DNA of 64,000 nucleotides from Candidatus Micrarchaeota archaeon. GTDB lineage: Archaea > Micrarchaeota > Micrarchaeia > Micrarchaeales > CABMGC01. Shown here piece by piece: positions 16,699 to 24,441 of this stretch. The stretch spans positions 677,155-741,154 of the forward strand of contig JAJYVH010000001.1 of assembly GCA_021792095.1 (NCBI GenBank). Reading direction: 5' to 3'. The notes under the pieces were generated by a model. That model was not told the origin of the DNA. It made no database searches and saw only the letters and a list, made by a program, of their open reading frames with translations. A program made the translations under genes and the position numbers. Within the stretch, counting starts at the first letter, position 1. Each line of letters begins with the position of its first letter.

Positions 16699-17706
16699 AT
16701 GGTTGCCGTTAATACTTATCGCATGGTCGTAGTACCTAAGAAGCTTAGGCGGGGAGACAAAGTAGCAGTAATAGCTCCGGCCAGAAGCATGGCCATAATT
16801 AGCGAAAACAACAGAAAGATTGCAATCTCTGCTCTTAGCAGATTGGGGCTAAAAACCAAATACGGCAAACATGTAGGGAAGTGCGACGAATTTGTCTCAT
16901 CGTCGATAGAAGCCCGGATTGAGGACATTAACTGGGCTTTCAGCGACAAAGAGATGAAGGCCATACTCACAGTGATAGGGGGCTTCAATTCCAATCAGCT
17001 TTTGCGGCATCTGGATTACAGGCTCATAAAATCAAACCCAAAGATACTGTGCGGTTATTCAGACATAACTGCATTGTCAAACTCCATTTATGCAAAAACA
17101 GGAGTGGTTACTTACTCTGGGCCGCACTTCTCTTCTTTCGGGATGAAGCGTGGGTTTGAGTTCACGGCCGAGTATTTTCAGAAATGCCTCATGTCTTCAA
17201 GGCCTTTTGAAGTTCAACCTTCTAAAGAATGGAGCGACGACCCTTGGTATAGGAATCAGGCACGCAGGCAGTTCGCAAAGAACGGAGGGTATCGTGTGAT
17301 AAATGGCGGTGAGATAGAAGGGACGATAGTAGGAGGCAACCTGTGCACATTCAATTTACTTCAAGGAACAGAGTTCATGCCAAGCTTAAAGGGTAGCGTA
17401 GTCTTCCTGGAAGATGATGAAGAAACTCGCCCGCACACCTTCGACAGGGACCTTCAATCATTAATACACCAACCTGATTTCGATGGCGTAAAAGGGGTGG
17501 TAATCGGGAGATTCCAGAAAGTTTCTGGCGTAACGCAGCCGCTGCTGAACAAAATAATCAAAACAAAGAAGGAGTTGAGCGATATGCCTGTGATCTCCGG
17601 CGTAGATTTCGGACATACTACCCCGCAGATAACCTTCCCGATCGGCGGCACCGCCAGAATTTCGGCAGACAAGAGCGAAGCGGAGCTTTGGATAGTCAAA
17701 CACTAA
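16699..17706 (+). CDS. S66-family LD-carboxypeptidase / MccF-like serine peptidase
   Basis: 335 aa. GDKVAVIAPAR, the nucleophile block GYSDITAL, the acidic block VVFLEDDEE and VDFGHTTP give the Ser-Glu-His arrangement of peptidase S66. Confidence 0.8.
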   Translation: MVAVNTYRMVVVPKKLRRGDKVAVIAPARSMAIISENNRKIAISALSRLGLKTKYGKHVGKCDEFVSSSIEARIEDINWAFSDKEMKAILTVIGGFNSNQLLRHLDYRLIKSNPKILCGYSDITALSNSIYAKTGVVTYSGPHFSSFGMKRGFEFTAEYFQKCLMSSRPFEVQPSKEWSDDPWYRNQARRQFAKNGGYRVINGGEIEGTIVGGNLCTFNLLQGTEFMPSLKGSVVFLEDDEETRPHTFDRDLQSLIHQPDFDGVKGVVIGRFQKVSGVTQPLLNKIIKTKKELSDMPVISGVDFGHTTPQITFPIGGTARISADKSEAELWIVKH

Positions 17707-17827
17707 GACGCAGGAGTATAATGCGTGTTGATGCAGGCTTAGACGGAAGCCTGGCGTTCCTTCCCTGAGTTCCGAAATTTCATCCAAACCCAGCAAGGCT
17801 TATATAGTCTGGCTGAGCGTAGTACGT

Positions 17828-18328
17828 ATGGCCGAAAGAACGCTCAAGAGATACGGGTTGGAGGGCATAGCCAAGGCGCTCATCGCGTTTGGATCTCTGC
17901 TTATCCTTCTTTCCTGGGTCGTGGGAGCGTATTATTTCGGGATTACGGGCAAGACAACTGCTTCGTTCATAGTGCCTTTTATATTCACGTGCCTTCTGGT
18001 TTTGCTCCTTCTGATAATCAGATACAGGTACACGCTGTTTGAGAAGTATCCCTATCTTATGAGCCTGCCTTCTCTGTTCTATCGTATCGGAGCCAAAAAG
18101 GGATCAAACGATGGCCAGAGCAGAGCGTTCAGCATGATATTCACAGTGCATGCATTGGTGATCGCCTTCCTAGGGCTCTTGAGCCTGGTTTTGGCATTGG
18201 TTGTGGGTTCTAGCGTCCATAGTGGCGGGGCTTCCCCATACCTATACCTGTATGTGGTGATAATAGGGGTTCTGGGCATATCGGTGCTGCTTCAGTACCG
18301 CAGGATTTACAGGAAGTTCATGAAGTGA
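17828..18328 (+). CDS. integral membrane protein (about 4 TM), function unknown
   Basis: 166-aa ORF with several long hydrophobic stretches. No catalytic motif was recognised. Confidence 0.5.
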   Translation: MAERTLKRYGLEGIAKALIAFGSLLILLSWVVGAYYFGITGKTTASFIVPFIFTCLLVLLLLIIRYRYTLFEKYPYLMSLPSLFYRIGAKKGSNDGQSRAFSMIFTVHALVIAFLGLLSLVLALVVGSSVHSGGASPYLYLYVVIIGVLGISVLLQYRRIYRKFMK

Positions 18329-18445
18329 ACCCTGTAGAAACACATTATTGTATGTTAATGCAGACTTGAAGGGAGACACGGCCTCCCTCATGGACCTCAC
18401 TCCCTGGGCGAAGCCACGCTGCATTTTTAAGCATCGCGTCCCAAT

Positions 18446-19012
18446 ATGGGCATGCGCAGGGGGATGCACGCACTCTACACAGATCCTGCATTCGACGAGC
18501 ACAAGAACATCAGCCTGAAGCTTACTGACTACGAAGAGATATTCTCTGTGTTCGACCCGCGGCCGCACGCGGAGAGGGCGCTCTCCGTGGATTTCCTCGA
18601 AGAGGCGAAGAGGGCTAGCGTAGACAAGCCCAACGGCCAGATAGAGATGAGGCTCCTCGTGCCCAGAAAGCACAGGGACTTGAATGAGGAAAGCACAATC
18701 AAGAGGAGGCTGCGCGACCATTTCAAAAAGCACTCTGGCGTGCTCAGAAAGAAGCACGCGGATATCGTCAGAAGGGGCCTCAAGTTCTTTGCGGCAGGCG
18801 TAATCATAATGTTCTTGACAGCGCTCATACTCTACTTCTTCGACGCCAATGACCTGCCAGTAAACTTTCTGCTCATACTGTTTGAGCCGGCGGGCTGGTT
18901 CCTGTTCTGGGAGGGACTTGACATGGTGCTCTTCGAGGCCAGGAGGAACGAGCCGGAGCTGGAGTTCAACGAAAAGCTTGCAAACGCGCACATTAACTTC
19001 CAGCCTTACTGA
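18446..19012 (+). CDS. hypothetical membrane protein (soluble N-domain plus 2 TM)
   Basis: 188 aa. The charged N-terminal half is followed by FFAAGVIIMFLTALILYFF and NFLLILFEPAGWFLFWEGL. Confidence 0.45.
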   Translation: MGMRRGMHALYTDPAFDEHKNISLKLTDYEEIFSVFDPRPHAERALSVDFLEEAKRASVDKPNGQIEMRLLVPRKHRDLNEESTIKRRLRDHFKKHSGVLRKKHADIVRRGLKFFAAGVIIMFLTALILYFFDANDLPVNFLLILFEPAGWFLFWEGLDMVLFEARRNEPELEFNEKLANAHINFQPY

Positions 19013-19025
19013 AGACGCCCATGGG

Positions 19026-19433
19026 CTATATCTTGAGCAGCTGCTTGAGCTCCATCATCTCCTTCGCCCTTATCTCGTCCCTTACAGGATAGGCGAAATG
19101 TATGAGCCTGCTGCTGTAACGCGGGAGCACGTGAACGTGGAAGTGGTGCACGCTGCTCATGCCACCTATGTTGGCACCTATGTCCATGCCGAAGCACTCC
19201 AGCTTCCGCATCTCCAGCCTGCCGAACCTCTTGGCCACCCTGAACATGTGCGCCACGACAGGGTCTGGCGCGGAAAGCATGTCGCTATAGTGCTTCTTCG
19301 AGACCACGAGCAGGTGCCCTTTCTCCACAGGGAGCCTGTTTATCAGCACGCTGCACACAGCATCCCTGTATACGGTCCTGAAAACCTCGCCAGCTGGCAT
19401 CTCGCAGAACACGCATTTCCTCGTTTGCACCAC
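19026..19433 (-). CDS. HIT-family (histidine triad) hydrolase
   Basis: 135 aa with CVFCEM...GHLLVVSKKH and the triad HHFHVHVLPR. Confidence 0.85.
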   Translation of the reverse strand: MVQTRKCVFCEMPAGEVFRTVYRDAVCSVLINRLPVEKGHLLVVSKKHYSDMLSAPDPVVAHMFRVAKRFGRLEMRKLECFGMDIGANIGGMSSVHHFHVHVLPRYSSRLIHFAYPVRDEIRAKEMMELKQLLKI

Positions 19434-19439
19434 CGCTCA

Positions 19440-20924
19440 GGCCTGCATGCGCGCCGCATCGGCCAATTTCGTTATGCTCATACGTTTCAATATCAGTGAC
19501 ATCCTCCCACCCCTAAAGGGAGTGGGCTTCCTCCACATTTACATTTGTGGATGTTACTTGTGGAGTATGTTCTCGCTTCAGCGACCCGGCTTGCCCGTCC
19601 CTTGCGGAATGGGTGGAGGCCAGGTCTCCACGAGCGTGACTTCCGGCCTGCCCGGCCGTAGCTCTGTTGAGTATGTTTATAGCGGCGTTCACGTCCCTGT
19701 CTGCCACATAGCCGCAGGCGCAGGAGAACGTCCTGTCAGACAGCGACAGTGTGTTGAGCCTGCCGCACCGGCTGCATTCCTGCGACGTGTTCCTTGCGTC
19801 CACCGCTGTTACCGTCATGCCAGCCTCTTCCGCTTTGCATGATAGCGTGCTTATGAACCTGCCCCACGAGGCGCCCTGTATGGACCTCGCAAGCCTGTGG
19901 TTCTGAAGCATGTTCTGTATGTGCAGTCCCTCTACCGCGAACGAGGTATAGCCTGAGCCAATCAGGTCGTCTACTGCCTTGAAGACGAAGTCCTTGGCCC
20001 GGTTGTTGACCTGCTGCCATTTCCTTTCGAGTTGGCGTTTTGCCTTGTCTCTGCGATGAGAGCCCTTCTGCCTCCTGGCTGTAATCCTCTGCCACTTTGC
20101 GATGCGCCTCTCCGCCTTCCTTGCGAAGTCCGGCTTGGTTATCTTCCTGCCGTCAGAGAGGGCGGCGAAGGTCTCCAGGCCCATGTCGATGCCTACAGGA
20201 TTGGCGTCCCTGACCTTTTGCGGTTCAGTTCCGTTTACGGTTGAGAAGATTGCGTAGTATTGGCCTGCCTCCCTCTTTATCGTCAGTGTCTTGACGTTGC
20301 CCACGATTGGCCTGTGGAGCTCTATCCTCATGCCCCCTATCCTCGAGACGCGGAGCATATTGACGTCCTTCCTCTCCCTGTCCACGCTGAAGCCGAACTG
20401 GGGATAGGTTATCGAATTGTACCTGTCCTTTGCCCTGAAGCGGGGGAAGCCCGCCTTGACCCGCTTCCCTGCCCTCCTCTCCCTGACCCTGCGGAAGAAG
20501 TTCTGGTACGCCTTGATGAGGCGGAAGTACGCCTCCCTCTGGACCTGGGAGTAGAGCCCAGAGAGTTCCTTGTTCTCCGCCTTGGCCTCACGCAGGAAAC
20601 GGTTGAATGTTGAGGGTTTGATGGCAAGGCTCTTGGTTTTCCGGTATTCGTCCCTCGCCTTTTCGAGAAGTTTGTTGTAAAGAAGACGCGCTAGTTCTAC
20701 CTGCCCGTCCACCTCACTCTGGCGTTTTGCATCTGGATAGAGCCTGTATCGATAGGCTTTTGTAATGCCCACATAACCTACTGCGCCTTTCATATTATTA
20801 TCCTTTTTGTCGTTATATGCGGCCATTTCCATCTTCCTTTTCCGCCCTCGCTCCCATCCCACCGCTGAAGCATATGGGATTTCCCGCTCCGAAGAGTTAA
20901 ATACGTTACATAGCCACTAGTAGC
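19440..20924 (-). mobile_element. solo tnpB insertion element (IS1341-like, no tnpA)
   Basis: tnpB is flanked by subterminal hairpins at 20856-20880 (ATCCCA...TGGGAT) and 19506-19526 (CCCACTCCC-TTTA-GGGGTGGG, read on the minus strand). Both ends share a GGTGGGAnGG motif. The boundaries are approximate. Confidence 0.6.
19513..20793 (-). CDS. tnpB: TnpB (IS200/IS605-family OrfB; RuvC-type RNA-guided nuclease family)
   Basis: N-terminus YRYRLYPD. RuvC D/E/D residues are in VGIDMGLE, FAVEGL and DRDVNAAINI. The zinc finger is CSRCG...CACG. I prefer MKGAVGY (20793) as the start; the ORF track extends to 20862. Confidence 0.85.
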   Translation of the reverse strand: MKGAVGYVGITKAYRYRLYPDAKRQSEVDGQVELARLLYNKLLEKARDEYRKTKSLAIKPSTFNRFLREAKAENKELSGLYSQVQREAYFRLIKAYQNFFRRVRERRAGKRVKAGFPRFRAKDRYNSITYPQFGFSVDRERKDVNMLRVSRIGGMRIELHRPIVGNVKTLTIKREAGQYYAIFSTVNGTEPQKVRDANPVGIDMGLETFAALSDGRKITKPDFARKAERRIAKWQRITARRQKGSHRRDKAKRQLERKWQQVNNRAKDFVFKAVDDLIGSGYTSFAVEGLHIQNMLQNHRLARSIQGASWGRFISTLSCKAEEAGMTVTAVDARNTSQECSRCGRLNTLSLSDRTFSCACGYVADRDVNAAINILNRATAGQAGSHARGDLASTHSARDGQAGSLKREHTPQVTSTNVNVEEAHSL

Positions 20925-21533
20925 ATGCCAGGCGGCCTGAAGAGCGCGTTCATAGGCATGCTCGTGGGCATGCTGCTCATAATAGGCATAGAGACAGCGA
21001 TAGCGGTGCTCGTCCTTTCCGGGATAGGGGTGCCCAACCCGCTGGGCTTCATCGGGCAGGCGGTGACCAACCTGCCGGCCCTGACGTCGCCCAACGGCCT
21101 CCAGAAGCTGCTCAACACCTCGCTCGGCAGCGCGTTCTCCAACCTCGCCGCCAACAGCATAGCGCAGCAGAGGGTAGAGGTCAGCGGCGTCTATGTCAGG
21201 GGCGTGATAGGGGTGAGCGGCACCAACCTGACCAGCAACGGCGAGCTGAACGGCACGCTCTCCTACAGGGCGAACGCTTCCGGATTCGCTTCCGGCGCCG
21301 GCAGCATCCAATACTACAACATCACAGTGCCCAACTACTCGCAGTTCGTCATGCACCTTAACACGCTAGGCACGCAGACCGCGAACTTCAGCACCCTCTC
21401 TGTCAACCCGGTGCTTCCTGCAGCGATCGCGCCGGACAGCAATGGCACCTTCGTAATGAAGATACGCCTGCCGCCGAAGGCGTACTCGGGCGGCATGGAC
21501 GTGTTCTTCACAGCAAACCTCACCAAGCCTTAG
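20925..21533 (+). CDS. membrane-anchored secreted protein, sequon-rich, function unknown
   Basis: 202 aa with N-terminal hydrophobic helices and multiple N-x-S/T sites (NTS, NLT, NGT, NAS, NIT, NYS, NFS). Confidence 0.5.
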   Translation: MPGGLKSAFIGMLVGMLLIIGIETAIAVLVLSGIGVPNPLGFIGQAVTNLPALTSPNGLQKLLNTSLGSAFSNLAANSIAQQRVEVSGVYVRGVIGVSGTNLTSNGELNGTLSYRANASGFASGAGSIQYYNITVPNYSQFVMHLNTLGTQTANFSTLSVNPVLPAAIAPDSNGTFVMKIRLPPKAYSGGMDVFFTANLTKP

Positions 21534-21604
21534 GGCCAGCCCCCCGCAGGCCACGGCCGCGGCTCCAATATTAAAGTCTTACGCATGATATAGATAGGGT
21601 TGAA

Positions 21605-22801
21605 ATGCGGGTTGCAAAACAAGTCATGCTAGCTCTGCTCCTCATGGCATTCGTGCCAACCTTCGCAGCGCAATCCGGCTCCACGTGCAACATAATAGCA
21701 GGGACGTGCCCCGGCCAGGGGAGCGGCCTGGTAACCACCATATACACGAACGCCACGGGCAGGATAGGCGAGCCAGTGTACGTCGCGCTCGCCTATGCGC
21801 CGGGCTGCCCCCACTGCGAAGCGCTGAGCGGCTACATAGCAAACCTCAGCGCAACGTACGACATAAGGACGACGTACATAAACGCGATCGCCAACCAGAC
21901 ACTGTTCTCGCAGTACCTTAGCCACTACAACGTATCGCAATCGGACTACGGAGTGGTGCCCGTGCTCTTCGTGGACAACACCTACTGCGTCGGCGACACT
22001 GCCTGCATCTCCTTCCTGTCCAAAAACATAGCCTCGTTCGCGAGCAGCGGCACCCCGCCAGTCACACCGGGCTCCGGAAGCCTCGGCAGCCTCTCCATAC
22101 TGGCGATCACGGGCCTCGCGCTGGTGGACTCGATAAACCCGTGCGCTTTTGCTGTGCTGATATTCCTACTTTCCACGCTCTTCATGCGGGACCCGAACAG
22201 GAGGCGCACCATACTGCTCGGGGGCTTCGCCTTCGCGTTCGGCATCTTCATATTTTATTTCGTAATAGGCATGCTCCTGCTCGCTGGCATAAAGGCGGCG
22301 CTGGCGGTCGCCGGGCTGAGCAACGCGTACGTGTACGGCGCGTTCGGCGTCTTCGCGATACTGCTTGGCGCGCTGAACCTCAAGGACTACTTCCACTACG
22401 GCGGCATGGGCTTCGTGATGGAAGTGCCTAGAAGCTGGAGGCCCGGGATGCTCGCCACAATAGAGAAGAGCGTGCTCGGCGGGTTCGCCTCGGTGCCTGG
22501 CGCCTTCGTAGCCGGCGTGCTGGTGACCGCCTTCCTGCTGCCGTGCATAACAGGCCCGTATTTCGTGGCGGGCAGCCTGCTGAAGGGCCTGCCGCTCGGC
22601 GCCGCAGCCATCTGGCTGGTCTACTACAACCTGCTCTTCATACTGCCGATGCTCGTGATAACGCTGCTCGTCTACTTCAGCTTCACAAGCATAGAGAAGG
22701 CCGCGGCCTTCCGGGAGAAGAACGTCAGGCGGCTGCACCTGATAGCGGGCATACTCCTGGTGCTGGTGGGCGTGATAATGTTCTACTCGGCGCTGGCGTA
22801 A
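21605..22801 (+). CDS. thioredoxin-like domain fused to a DsbD/CcdA-type transmembrane electron-transfer domain
   Basis: Signal sequence, then the CxxC motif APGCPHCEAL. The TM region contains the DsbD-family block DSINPCAFAVLIFLL and a second Cys in FLLPCITGPY. Confidence 0.75.
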   Translation: MRVAKQVMLALLLMAFVPTFAAQSGSTCNIIAGTCPGQGSGLVTTIYTNATGRIGEPVYVALAYAPGCPHCEALSGYIANLSATYDIRTTYINAIANQTLFSQYLSHYNVSQSDYGVVPVLFVDNTYCVGDTACISFLSKNIASFASSGTPPVTPGSGSLGSLSILAITGLALVDSINPCAFAVLIFLLSTLFMRDPNRRRTILLGGFAFAFGIFIFYFVIGMLLLAGIKAALAVAGLSNAYVYGAFGVFAILLGALNLKDYFHYGGMGFVMEVPRSWRPGMLATIEKSVLGGFASVPGAFVAGVLVTAFLLPCITGPYFVAGSLLKGLPLGAAAIWLVYYNLLFILPMLVITLLVYFSFTSIEKAAAFREKNVRRLHLIAGILLVLVGVIMFYSALA

Positions 22802-22847
22802 TGGCTGCCGGCCGAGCAAAGCGGCGCTGCATCGGCGGGCAGGCCGC

Positions 22848-23426
22848 CTAACGGCCTAGCGCCTTCGCTATCTCGCCCGAATCTGAGAGCACAAGCATGC
22901 GCTCCATGTTCTTCAGCGATCTCTCGTGCGCCTCCCTGTCATACGAAGAAACGCAATCCCTGGCTATTATGGGCATGTAGCCCCTGTTCGATGCGTCGCG
23001 CGCGCTGGACTCTATTCCTATCTCCGTGGCTATCCCTGCCAGCACTATGTTCCTTATGCCAGCATTGTTGAGCATGAGCTCGAACGGTGTGCCCACGAAT
23101 ACGCTGGCCGTGTGCTTGTTGAATACTATGTCCTTGTCGCCAGGTTTCAGGTACAGCTCGAAATCCTCGGGCTTGGCGTTCGCGAAGCCTCCCTTGTACG
23201 CGAGCTTCCTCGCGGCGGACTCGAACCTCTCGGGCAGCGGGGTTATCTTGGTGAAGAATATGGGCACGCCTGCAGCCCTAACGGCGTCCACCAGGGCGCC
23301 CATCCTGGACACGAACTCGGCCTTGTTGAATATCCTGTTCACAAGCATGTTCTGCACGTCCCACACGACAAGCGCGGTGTCCTCGGGCTTGATGAGCAGC
23401 CTAAGCTCCTCTGATTTCATCTCCAT
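22848..23426 (-). CDS. isochorismatase-family cysteine hydrolase
   Basis: 192 aa with TALVVWDVQN, FFTKI and the Cys block IIARDCVSSY. Confidence 0.75.
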   Translation of the reverse strand: MEMKSEELRLLIKPEDTALVVWDVQNMLVNRIFNKAEFVSRMGALVDAVRAAGVPIFFTKITPLPERFESAARKLAYKGGFANAKPEDFELYLKPGDKDIVFNKHTASVFVGTPFELMLNNAGIRNIVLAGIATEIGIESSARDASNRGYMPIIARDCVSSYDREAHERSLKNMERMLVLSDSGEIAKALGR

Positions 23427-23488
23427 GGCGATACCAGCAACAGAATCGCGTGCAAAATTAATACGGGTTGCGACGCGCCGCCGCCCCG

Positions 23489-23947
23489 CTAGTTGCCTGC
23501 CAGCCTTTCCTGGATTCTCTTCAGCGATGCGGCGCTTGCGCGGGGGCCGAGCTGCGACGTCACATAGCCCGGGTACTTCTTGAAGAAAACGCTCTCCGCA
23601 GCCACTGCCGCCTTGAACTTGCCCCCGTCGTACCCGGAAGCGGGATAAAGCTTGGCGTGCAGGTGCTTGACCCCGGTCCCTTCCAGCACAAGGTGCACAC
23701 GCGACACCCCCAGCCTGCGCCGCATGATGTTCGCCACTTTCCTGACGGCCAGCATGAAATCCGTGAGTTCCCTGGGGCTCAGCGAGGAAAAGAGGCTGTT
23801 CATGTGCTTCTTAGGCACGAGCAGCACCTGGCCTGCGACGTTGGGGTAAAGGTCGAGGAACGCCACATATTTCTTATCCTCGTAGACCTTGTACGAGGGC
23901 GTTGCTCCGCTTGCGACCCTACAGAATATGCAGCTTCCTTTTGGCAT
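23489..23947 (-). CDS. HIT-family hydrolase (second copy)
   Basis: 152 aa with CIFCRV...GQVLLVPKKH and the triad-like VKHLHAKLYP. Confidence 0.75.
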   Translation of the reverse strand: MPKGSCIFCRVASGATPSYKVYEDKKYVAFLDLYPNVAGQVLLVPKKHMNSLFSSLSPRELTDFMLAVRKVANIMRRRLGVSRVHLVLEGTGVKHLHAKLYPASGYDGGKFKAAVAAESVFFKKYPGYVTSQLGPRASAASLKRIQERLAGN

Positions 23948-24007
23948 GTCCTGTTTGAGACGCGCATGTTTTTAATGCAGCCGAGCCCGGCAGCGCTTTT
24001 GCACAAG

Positions 24008-24053
24008 GTATATAAAGGTGCTACTGGCATAACCTAGTTTATAACAGGGTTAT
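24008..24053 (+). promoter_or_regulatory. TATA box plus inverted-repeat operator candidate upstream of the suf regulator/operon
   Basis: GTATATAAAGG lies at 24008-24018. The inverted repeat is ATAACC (24029-24034) ... GGTTAT (24048-24053). It sits where a TSS is expected, about 25 nt from the TATA box and 10-35 nt before the ATG at 24063. Confidence 0.45.
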
Positions 24054-24062
24054 AGTGAGCCT

Positions 24063-24434
24063 ATGGCGAGCAAGTACGAGGTTACTGCCGAGGAATATGT
24101 GCCGGCCGCGCGCTCCATAATAGCACACACGCTGATAGAGAAGTACCACATAAGCGAGGTCGAGGTGGCCAGGCGCATGGGCGTAGCGCAGGCTGCGGTC
24201 AGCAAGTACATGACAGGCAAGTACTCCGAGAGGCTGAAGCGCAAGATGGAGGAGCTCAACGAGAAGATAAAGGGCAACAAGCAGCTGTTCGATTCGTACA
24301 TAAAGAACGTCGCAAGCGGCAGCGACGAGCGCGCGAACATGTGCGTCTGCGCGCTCTGCGGCATGGCCAACGGTTTCTCGTGCTCGTTCTCCAGGGTGCC
24401 CGGCGTGAAGGCGGCGCAGGCTGGCGCCAAATAA
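24063..24434 (+). CDS. HTH transcriptional regulator with C-terminal Cys cluster (candidate Fe-S-sensing regulator of suf)
   Basis: 123 aa. The HTH is ISEVEVARRMGVAQAAVSKYMTGK. The C-terminal motif is C94-x-C96-x2-C99-x7-C107 (MCVCALCGMANGFSC). The gene ends 7 nt before sufB. Confidence 0.55.
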   Translation: MASKYEVTAEEYVPAARSIIAHTLIEKYHISEVEVARRMGVAQAAVSKYMTGKYSERLKRKMEELNEKIKGNKQLFDSYIKNVASGSDERANMCVCALCGMANGFSCSFSRVPGVKAAQAGAK

Positions 24435-24441
24435 TGATTGC

